Positions 54,309 through 64,000 of a stretch of DNA of 64,000 nucleotides are shown one piece after another. The notes below the pieces were generated by a model that was given only the letters and a program-made list of their open reading frames with translations, ran no database searches and was not told the origin of the DNA. How positions within the stretch are numbered: position 1 is the first letter of the stretch; every line of letters begins with the position of its first letter. The translations under genes and the position numbers were made by a program. Origin of the DNA: Octopus vulgaris (lineage: Eukaryota); NCBI GenBank assembly GCA_951406725.2, contig OX597830.1, positions 29,760,001-29,824,000 on the forward strand, read 5' to 3'.

Positions 54309-54742
54309 CTAGCTTAAGGTGACCCGCTCTACGCGCGGGTGAGGGTGTGGTTGTTACTTTCTGTTGCTTCCTTTCTGTTTCTTATTCGCCACATTCTCCC
54401 TCTTTGTTTCTCTCTCCTTTCTCTCTCACTTTCCCACTCACTTACTCTTCCTTTCAAACGTTGTTATAGAGAGAAATTGGAGGGACGGAATGAATGAGAG
54501 AGATGGAGGAAGACAGGGTGATATGCGAAAGCGAGAAACGACAAACACTTGTCAAAGTATGGGTTTTGTTGCCCTAGTAACCACAGCTTTTGAGATAGGG
54601 GTTTCTAACCTAGACCACTCACTTCCTTGCCTCTTTTTACATGTCCCTATAAATTTTGGAGCCAATTTGACTCTATGCCCCGTTACTCGTTCCAGTCCCA
54701 AAATGAGACAAACTTTTCGCATTTCAGCTTTATAGATATTGA
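54309..54742 (-). mobile_element. Non-autonomous Helitron (family H2)
   Basis: Minus strand A|TCAATATCTATAAAG start, GC-rich hairpin ACCCGC-GCGTAGA-GCGGGT, then CTAG|T end. Confidence 0.8.
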
Positions 54743-55896
54743 TTACTGTTTATCAAAGGGAAATCAAAGCATAGGAAAATAGGAATAAAACTTTGTTGAT
54801 AAAAACCGAAAGTCGAACACAAACGTGTAAAAATTTGTCTCTGAATATTATAAGACAATGACAATATGCTCTCATTAAACGGAGTTTATGCTAATATTTC
54901 TTTTTGTTCATGTTACTACATGGAAGCTTCCAGATATATCAAATACTTATGGCAGATCTTTTGCTCAACATGTCTCACAACATTTTAGTTCATACATTGC
55001 TTATATATGCATTAGATTTACAGACTCTCACACATACGCATACATACATAGGTACACACACACTCCCTTTCTCGCACGCACACACACACTCACACACACA
55101 TATCATTATATGCAGTGACTTTCCTTTAGAAATAAATTCTGGATTTAGTCTGCAGTGTAGATTATGCGGTATTCACAAGAGAGTCAAATGTGCTATGGAT
55201 TATAAATGGCCGTAACTCTAATCAGGAATGGATATCTTCTCACATTTATGTCATCAAATATTTACTTTCCCACCCTAATATACGATGTTATGTCAGAACC
55301 ATTAGAGCGACAATCACGATCAAAATCGCTGTGGTATATTATTACCAGCATTCAAGTTCAAATTTGCCTAACAATCGTCAGGTGGCGGTAAAATAAAGCC
55401 CCAGTCAACAATTGGCGTCGATTAATGATTCTATGAAGTGTCAAAATTATGAGTGGGTTTATAATAGAAGATTAAAACAAGAACTAGTATACATATTGCT
55501 ATAGAAGCATAAGGGTTATTTGTGGAGCTTATGAGGCCTAATAAATAGATGTGGAAGTGAATATATATGAGAGGATGTGCCAGAAAACACGCCTGTAATC
55601 ATATGTTTGCTTATATCCGCTGGATGTCTCTATGTCAGTTTACAAGTGTGTAGAACATTTAGTGTATCAGCGCGTATAATTGCAATTAGTATTAATTAGT
55701 GTACATATAAGTATATGCATATATACATATGTATACATGTGTGTGTGCGTGTGTGTGTGTGTCTAAATACATAGAGATGGACGTATTCACATGCTTATAT
55801 ATATTATATACATATGTACTTACAAGTCGCTGTATGTATGCGTCATGTTATAGTATATGATTGTTTCTCTCATTGATGCTTGTCTGTATCCTGGCA

Positions 55897-55928
<32 letters not shown>

Positions 55929-56310
55929 TGTGTGTGTGTGTGAGTGTGTGTGTGTGTGTATGTGTGTGCGTGTATGTCTAAGTGTCCATTCGTATTAGAT
56001 TGTTAGGTAAGAGACTTGTGCGTATATTTTACTGCTTTTGGCAATTAGTCAAAGTACTTTGGAAAATTAATCTACATAATAAGGAAATACTATTAAATAC
56101 AAAATAGCAATAACAACAAGAATAACGAGTCACAACCACGACAGCAATACCTATAAGCAAAACAATAACAATAACATGAAAATTAATAAAAAAAGGATAA
56201 TATTAATGATAATACTAATCATATTAATCATTTAACTACACGTGCAGAAAGGAACAAACATATATAGAAACCATTGAATACATATCTACATACATTAATG
56301 CAAAGAGATG

Positions 56311-56359
<49 letters not shown>

Positions 56360-56597
56360 AACATTAATTTACACACACAGATACATACACATAGAGCCAC
56401 CCGCATATAGACATTCTGAATGCAAATCTAAACTTGTAACATAAAAATTATGTTAAACACGAACGGAAGATGGCGATTAGCTATTAAATCCATCCAATTA
56501 CATAAACGAGCAAAGTTTATTTTAGTTAGGCCAAAAAGGGAAGGAAGCTAGACACTAGTGAAACGATTATTTTAGATTTGTTTTGTGTATACATACA

Positions 56598-56661
<64 letters not shown>

Positions 56662-56740
56662 TACAAATATATATATATGTACATACATGCATAAATTCAT
56701 ATATACATGGATACAGACATACACACGCACAAATATATAA

Positions 56741-56774
<34 letters not shown>

Positions 56775-56811
56775 TGAGATACAAACACACATATATATAT
56801 GTATATGTATT

Positions 56812-56879
<68 letters not shown>

Positions 56880-56994
56880 TAGTTACATATATATATATAA
56901 AGTAAAATTTTTTGAAATCTGTTCGTTTTGTTTCTTATTGCTTTATTATCTACACACATAGACGTATGTGTGTTGTGTTTTTTCTTTTTCCTTT

Positions 56995-57051
<57 letters not shown>

Positions 57052-57910
57052 TGTGTGTGTACACGTTTCCATAAATAAACGATTCTATTTAAAAGAGAAC
57101 TGTTTGTTAGGAACAGAGATGATAATAATATTGAGTTTCGCTGATAAAATAATATACGTTGATAATTAATTGACTATGTTCAGATTACGAGTTGTTTCAG
57201 ATTTAATTTAATGAGTAAATGTTTCGAGTTATATTTATATATTAATTTACTTTTTCACGTATTTATTTAGTTTGTCTCATTAGTCGTTGTATATGTTTAA
57301 TTTTAGTTTATTTAGAACTGTTTCTAAGTCGGGAGCGGCTCTTAAGCGAAGTGCTTAGGTCTTGTTTCAGGGCGTTAAAATTGTTGAGATTTAGATCTAC
57401 AGCAAATGATAAGAAGGCCATCTATGCCAGGTGACCCTCTTTACATAAGTATATTACCATTTTCCCCTTAATTAGATGAAGGAGGGTATGTAGAATTTAG
57501 TAACTTTCCCATAAACCTTGCGAAGTAACCTCAGTGTTGTATAGCAGTCAATTAGCTAATGAAAGTTTTACATACTATTTTTTTCTTTAAAGTGAGATAA
57601 CTATAAGTCTATTACATCATGTACATAAAACAAATGCCAGACCGCCGGAATATTCAATGTAGTTTTGTAAGAGAATCCTATTATAGTTATACGAGATTGA
57701 ATGGCGTAATGTTTGAACACGCAGCTAAGTGTCGCCGTAAATTTAAACAGAACTGAGACGATTTGATGGAGAAGCAGTCGAATTGCTGGAACGAATAATC
57801 AGTTCTCTCGCGAAACAAATATCGCTTTGATACTAAAAAAAGAACGACACCTTGGGTTATGTAATCCCATGTATATTGTCCCAGAGAGTACTATTGAGGA
57901 TGAGTGAGAA

Positions 57911-58017
57911 GGCGCATAGCTCAGTGGTTAGAGTGTCGAGCTTACGATCGTGAGGTTGTGGGTTCGAATCCTGGACCGGGCTGCGTGTTGTGTTCTTGAG
58001 CAAGACACTTTATTTTT
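57911..58017 (+). mobile_element. SINE family D, head and CORE-like region only
   Basis: GGCGCATAGCTCAGTGGTTAGAG..GGTTCGAATCC..TTGTGTTCTTGAGCAAGACACTTTATTT. Confidence 0.85.
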
Positions 58018-58023
58018 CAAAAA

Positions 58024-58256
58024 GGCGGTGAGCTGGCAGAAACGTTAGCACGCCGGGCAAAATAATTAGCCGTATTTCCTCTGCCGTTACGTTCTGAGTT
58101 CAAATTCCGCCGAGATCGACTTTGCCTTTCATCCTTTCGGGGTCGATAAATTAAGTACCAGTTACGCACTAGGGTCGATGCAATCGACTTAATCCCTTTG
58201 TCTGTCCTTGTTTGTCCCCTCTGTGTTTAGCCGCTTGTGGGTAGTAAAGAAATAAG
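58024..58256 (+). mobile_element. SINE family A, full length
   Basis: Near-identical to 49259-49488. Confidence 0.9.
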
Positions 58257-59386
58257 TACTATACAGGATGACTACGGTTAGAACAGCTTTGGTCATATGG
58301 TTTGGATTTTGTTTGTGAGATTGCAAATGAGTTTAAATAATATAAATAGCATCAACAACAACACCCAGAACACAATATAGTAATTATAAACTAATTCACC
58401 CGTCCCGAATACTTCGTTTACGATTTTACGCCCATTTAACAAATAGAAAACTACGAATTATTCCCGCAGATCAATGTGATTTATAGTATTTAGTGCTGCT
58501 TCCAAGGTGATAACTGAAAGGAGGCACCGGTCTACGATAACATAATGTACCTTAAAATCTATTAATAATTTCTGTCCCTCGACAGTGACTTGAGTCAAGT
58601 GTAATTCCCTAAATTGTAAATTCCGATGTTAAAATATTAAATGTCTAGAACATTTATTTTGAATACCACACAAACTGGATTACATTCCACTCCCAAGGAC
58701 GACATCTAACGATATTTTCTGCCTGTCCCGACCTCCAGATATTTGCTTTAAACATTAGTAGCGATGGAGGTCAAAGCATAATTGGTATCTTTAACACAAT
58801 GGAAAGTGCCTGAGTGTTGTGCTCGAAATAAAGCTAACTATAGATCGAAATTGAGAAAATAATACAAATATTTAATTTAATGAAAAATTTTTTACAAAGT
58901 CCTATAAAATCATGCAGCGCAATAGAAACCAGAAAATCCATATAGCTTAGCAAATATCTTTGCATCATATTTCACCCGTGAAAAGGTCGTATTTACAATT
59001 AGTTTGTTGTGGAGAATTTTTCCCGATCAAGGCAATAGATGCTGTAAAACACCAACAGTAATTTCAAGGCGCCATCTTGCAGAAAGGCGTTGCGTTTCTA
59101 CCTTTATAGTTATCATCAGCACAGTGTATCGCACAAGACGCAGCTCTGAAAGGACTTTCGAAAATTTCGTTCCTTTATAGAGTATCAGCATCTAAAAATT
59201 AGCTGATCACTCGCGACACCAGCCCCTGCTAAACAAAATATTCTTCTGGGCACCCGAAAGCAGTGGTGCGAGTAAACAAACATTTAGATCAGTTCAAATA
59301 TGTTTGGGACATACTTGATCTGCGTAAAGGCTGTATTCACTGCCAATTTAATGTGGAGACTATTAACGCTTTACGCAACAGTTGTC

Positions 59387-60616
59387 TTGGTTTGGCAACT
59401 AAGTTCCCGCCGTTTTTTTTTTAATTTAAAATTTTTAAAAGGTTTAATAAAAAATAACAACTAATTAATCAATGATGTATTCACACTTGTTGTTTACAAC
59501 CTCTTCCCAATGTACAAGAGGATTTTCAATATCTCGTTCGTAGAAATCACCCGATTTCAACTCGAAAAATTGATCCAACCAGAGCTCTCAATTCTGTATC
59601 AGTATTGAACGAAACTCCACGCATAACATTTGAAAGAGATCAAGAGGTGGAAACCAGTTGGTGCCAAATCAAGAAAGTACGGCGGATGTGGCAGCACTTC
59701 CCAGCCATGCGTTTGAATGGCTTCCTTGGTCATATTGGCGATATGAGGGCGGGTGTTGTCGTACAGCAAAAGAACTCCATACTGACGATTAGGTCTTTTC
59801 TCTTGAATAGCCGTGCTGAGTCGTTACATCTGTTGAAAATAGAGTTCCGAGTTGACCATTCGGTTCCGTTCAAGTAATTCGTAATGGGTAATCCTTCCCA
59901 GTCCCACCATACGCACAACTTCGTTTTATGTGGATGAAGATCTTGTTTCAGGCGCGGTGTCGCTTGTTTACCGTAGCTAAGCCATTTCTTTCGCTGCTTC
60001 ATATTGAAGTACAGGCACCATTTTTTGTCGCCAGTAACGATTCAGTAAAGAAATCGTTGCTTGTGTCCATGAGTTGAGCGATGACGAGCTAGGAAACCAG
60101 TGGAAATTGGGGCTCGTTGATTTTTGTTGCAGTCACTTAAAGCATGCGGAACCCATGATCCAGACTTCTGTAACTTTCCCATCGAGTGAAGATGCTTCTC
60201 TATAGCGGTGTGGGAGCATTCCATTTTCTCTGCCAGTTCCCTTGTTGTTTGAAGAGAATTTTCGTGCAAATGTTGGTTTAATCGCTCTTCATCGAACTCA
60301 ACTAGACGGCCAGAACGAGGTGCGTCTTTGATGTAAAAATATCCATTTTTGAACTGACACATTAACTACGAGTGGTTCTTTTAGCAATGGCACGCTCTCC
60401 ATACACAGCACAAATGTCGCGAGCAGCTTTTGCGGCCTTAGAACCTTGATTAAAAGCAAAATGGAGGAGGCGTCGAAAATGCTCGTTTTTCTTAACTTGA
60501 CATTCCATTTTAATGAATTGAAAATAAACAAAAATTAACTGAAATTTACTAGGAAAAAAAACGCAATAAATTCCAAAATTTAAAAGAAAACGGCGGGAAC
60601 TTAGTTGCCAACTCAA
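59387..60616 (-). mobile_element. Full-length mariner element (~1.23 kb), mellifera-subfamily-like
   Basis: TIR TTG(G/A)(T/G)TTGGCAACTAAGTTCCCGCCGTTT at both ends, TA at the right end. Confidence 0.95.
59465..60508 (-). pseudogene. mariner DD34D transposase, frameshifted with stops
   Basis: MECQVKKNEHFRRLL.., DAPRSGR, WVPHAL, VTGDKKWCLY, LCVWWDWEG, YDNTRPH, HPPYFLDLAPTG (third Asp lost), ..WEEVVNNKCEYIID*. Confidence 0.95.
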
Positions 60617-61130
60617 TACAATTTCCGCTAGATACTAATTTTGGATCAGCAGGTAACAGTCTCAGGACAAAGCCTGGCGAAATAACTTTGTCATTAACGT
60701 CTTATTATGTTGAAATCCATTCAAACTCGTCTGTATCCGTCCCCACCATCATAGGACAATAAAATATAATAATGTCAAAAAAATGTATTAATTAAGCAAC
60801 GTGAATTTATTGAATTGGTTCCTCTCTCTTTCTCTTTCATTGCCGTTGCCTGGTGTCTGATTTCGAAACATTATTATAAATTTAAAATATGTTTGCAGAA
60901 GTCGGATGTTTCGGATTAACAGACGATTTAGAATGATTTATTATAGTTCTCTACAATGTAGATTTAAATACCTTCATTATTGTAGGAAGCACAAGAATGT
61001 ATACTTCAGAAAAATAACATACATAGTCATCAATGTGTGTAATGGTTATTAGGAAATCATAAATAATTACATGTCCAGAGTTGTACATTTTGACATAGAA
61101 TTTTCTAGGATCACAAGTATTAAGTTAAGA

Positions 61131-61217
<87 letters not shown>

Positions 61218-61389
61218 CTATACAAATGTTCTACGGTTGTTGATGGAGTGAACAATCATCAAAATCGCTATATGTACAGACATGCGCAATATTGTAGCTT
61301 CCAGAAAAGTATAAGCATTCCGTTGTTTCATTATTTACATTATTTACAATTGAAGGATATTTGTCCTCATCTTGTTTGTTGTTAAGAAA

Positions 61390-61960
61390 TCATCAAGCTC
61401 AGTAACAATCTATTAAGCAACAACTACCTCAAGAGCATACTCTTCCCTCCAATTATGAAGAAAGGATAGGATTAAACCGACAAACTGTCCACAACCTGTC
61501 TACCCTTTGTGAAAGGCCTCTCCAAAAAGATACAAAAGATATGCGGTCCATATGACATCAGGACAGTATTCAAAAGTAATACAATACTTCGTAACTATCT
61601 CATTCGAGTAAAACCACCAATAGAAAAGAATATGACTAAGAACTGCGTGTATTCCATTCCATGCAGCTGTGGTAGGTTATACAAAGGCGAAACATACCAC
61701 CCCCCGAAAATCTGTGACATGGGGAGATATTGATAAATCGGGTATAGCTGAACATGTATGGAAAAATGGAGACTACCTCTCCCTGTGGGATGAACTTAGA
61801 ATAAGAGACAGAGAACACCACTGGAAAATACGAAAACTTAAAGAAGCAGCACATATGGCATGACACATCAACCTTCTAAGCAGACCGAGTGCAGATATGA
61901 ACAGCATATGGGAACCGCTATTAAGGAAGGATAGGAAAATATTAGATTTATAAGCCCTAA
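61390..61960 (+). pseudogene. PLE linker plus GIY-YIG endonuclease remnant
   Basis: LPFVKGLSKKIQKICGPYDIRTVFK..NCVYSIPCSCGRLYKGET, frameshift, KSGIAEHVW..WKIRKLKEAAHM. Confidence 0.9.
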
Positions 61961-61982
61961 AATTCACTCCATAATTGTCCAC

Positions 61983-62047
61983 GGGCATATGGCGTAGCAG
62001 TTAAGTACGCGGGCTCCTAACTCCGAGTTCGATTCCAGGCAGTGACC
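61983..62047 (+). promoter_or_regulatory. tRNA-like Pol III type-2 promoter cassette within the PLE 3' region
   Basis: A-box-like TGGCGTAGCAGTT (61990-) and B-box GAGTTCGATTCC (62025-62036). Confidence 0.55.
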
Positions 62048-62127
62048 TTATTAATAATAATAATGATAACAAAAACAACATCGAAAAATTTCTTAGAAAT
62101 GATAACCCAGGTTCGAAATTTCCCCAA

Positions 62128-62173
62128 AACACCTGATGAAGGCTGCAGGGTATATCAGACGAAACGTTGTTTT
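62128..62173 (+). ncRNA. PLE minimal type I hammerhead ribozyme
   Basis: AACAC-CTGATGA-A-GGCTG CAGGGTATAT CAGAC-GAAA-CG-TT-GTTTT, with one mismatch each in stems I and II. Confidence 0.75.
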
Positions 62174-62285
62174 AACAACAAACAAGGTGAGAACAAATAT
62201 CCGTCAAATGTAAATAATGTAAATAGTGTACATAATTCCTCATCTCTTGAATATAGAACTGCATTCCGTAGTTTCATTAGGCGGT

Positions 62286-62671
62286 ATTCTTTTATTCTTT
62301 TACTTGTTTCAGTCACTGTAGTCACGCTGGAGCACAGCCTTTTTAACCGAAGAAATCGACTCCTAAATTTATTCTTTGTAAGCCTGGTACTACTTATATA
62401 GGTCGCTTTTGCCGAACAGCTAAGTTACGGGAACGTAAACACACCAGCATCAAATGATGGTGGAAGGACAAACACAGATACAAACAGGAATATATATGTG
62501 TGTGTATATATATACAGCGTGCTTATTTCGGTTTCTGTCTACCAAATTCACTCTTAAGGCTTTGGTCGGCCCGAGGCTACAGCGGAAGATACTTGCTCAA
62601 GTTGCTACGAAGTGGGACTGAACCCCGAACCATGTGGTTGGAAAGCAAACTTCTTACTACACAGTCACGCC
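62286..62671 (-). mobile_element. SINE family B, degenerate full length
   Basis: Reverse complement of family B from tail to head. Confidence 0.85.
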
Positions 62672-63094
62672 ATTCATAGCATTTGTTTAATTCACTTACA
62701 GGTAACTTATAGCAAAGAGTAGTTTTTTTTTATTAGTTTTATCTATTCTTATTGGGTAAAGACACACATAGATGAACAAAATCTGTGTTGCCTGCCTCTG
62801 TCTAGCATATGCATATGTGTATGTGAGCAAGATGGAGGAAGAGAGAGAAAGGGAGGAAGGGAGAGAGAGAGGGAGGGAGAGAATTTACAGGAATGAACAC
62901 AGAAATACACACACAGATGTTAAGGGGAATATGTAGCTGTGTCTAATATCGATGAAGAGAGATAATAAGTGAATTTATATCTACTTATATCAATACTAAT
63001 TATAAAGTTAAAAGCGAACTGTTTTCTTCTTCAACTAAAATCTTTAAATATACGCTATAAATATATAAAAACATTATTAAAAACCGTAATGAAG

Positions 63095-63160
63095 CAGATA
63101 ATGACGATGCTACTGCTGCTGCTGCTGATATTAATAATAATAATGATAATAATAATAATG

Positions 63161-63194
<34 letters not shown>

Positions 63195-63275
63195 CAACAA
63201 CAACAATAACAACAACAACAACAATAATAATAATAATAATAATGATAATCATAATAATAATAATGATAATAACAA
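63095..63275. repeat. Compound (AAT/AAC/GAT/GCT)n trinucleotide array
   Basis: Direct reading. Confidence 0.9.
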
Positions 63276-63506
63276 CGGGCATTTATAAAATTGATAAGTT
63301 ATTTAGATATCTCCTAAGACTTTGTGCAAGGAGAATTAATGAAATAATAATAGAATCTCTAGATTTAAATACCTATACGAAACTCCTCCTCTCACTTTCA
63401 CTCTCTTTTGTATGTGTCTGTGTACATACATACGTAAATACACATGCACTTATACAGACGAATGTATGTGCGTAAAGATGTAAACACACACACACACACA
63501 CACATA

Positions 63507-63960
63507 GAGGTGCATTCCGGAAGTTTTGAAACTTGTTTCAGAGAAGCAGTTATAAGTGTTCTAAGTTACTGTAAATTTACTATTTCATTATTACACATCT
63601 AATAAGCTGATGCCGACGTTTGTTTTCCAGATTGAAAGAGGAGACGGTTTTAAAAATACTTTGAACACATCCTTCTAAATACTGTCTTTTTTTACAGCTA
63701 CCATGTTTGCTGAATGCAGTTGGGACCTTTGGAGACTCGCTGGTCATTAAAGTATTGTATTAAAGTGGATAAAATAACTACAGAAAATTATGAAATGGTC
63801 CAGACTGCTCATAGTTCAAGGCATAAGAGGTTGAAGGGTGGTTGAGAAAAGGTGAAATATAAGAATTACAATAATGTGAGAAGTGTGAGAGGGAGCTGGT
63901 TGCCAGAACGTTAGGGGAGGCTGAGAAAATTCGCTATGTTTTGGATGTGTCTATGAAAAA
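63507..63960 (+). mobile_element. Degenerate mariner 5' fragment
   Basis: TA-GAGGTGCATTCCGGAAGT TIR-like start. VIKYCIKVDKITTENYEMVQTAH resembles a mariner N-terminal HTH. Confidence 0.5.
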
Positions 63961-64000
63961 AATAAGCATACGTTTAGCAGTTGGTGTGGTGACTAGACAC

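Larger units (their letters stand above)
61329..62260 (+). mobile_element. 5'-truncated Penelope-like retroelement with an inverted pLTR fragment
   Basis: 61329-61385 is the reverse complement of 62172-62228 (52/57 identical). Contains a GIY-YIG remnant and an HHR in the 3' pLTR. Confidence 0.9.

Noticed and set aside
57911-57980. Possible tRNA gene (also heads at 4112, 13253, 35065 and 61983)
   Set aside because: A/B boxes are present but there is no complete cloverleaf, and the heads continue into repeat bodies.

Overview
Eukaryotic, AT-rich, gene-poor DNA, most consistent with an octopus (coleoid cephalopod) intron or intergenic region. That assignment is an inference from the very high load of (TA)n/(CA)n/(GA)n/(GATA)n/(AAT)n microsatellites and from four tRNA-headed SINE families resembling those described in Octopus. 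Almost all listed ORFs are microsatellite or SINE translation artefacts, and no intact host gene is recognisable. Recognisable elements: a full-length but dead mariner (59387-60616) plus four mariner derivatives, a pogo/Tigger-like MITE, a Merlin-like MITE with an 8-bp TSD and internal (TTAGGG)3, four non-autonomous Helitrons, a Helentron-type element, and a 5'-truncated Penelope-like element (PLE) with a GIY-YIG remnant, an inverted pLTR and a hammerhead ribozyme (HHR). The most interesting signal is a set of short non-coding elements nested in (TA)n arrays that carry minimal type-I HHR motifs. These include a perfect 64-bp-arm palindrome encoding an HHR on both strands, a larger fold-back whose breakpoint lies in an HHR, a copy that starts at the predicted cleavage site, and a tRNA-like Pol III cassette just upstream of the PLE HHR. 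There are also + strand splice signals (an 81-nt candidate exon and AG|GT ratchet-like sites) suggesting a very long intron. Boundaries were read by eye and are approximate for degenerate copies. SINE family labels A-D are my own working labels.
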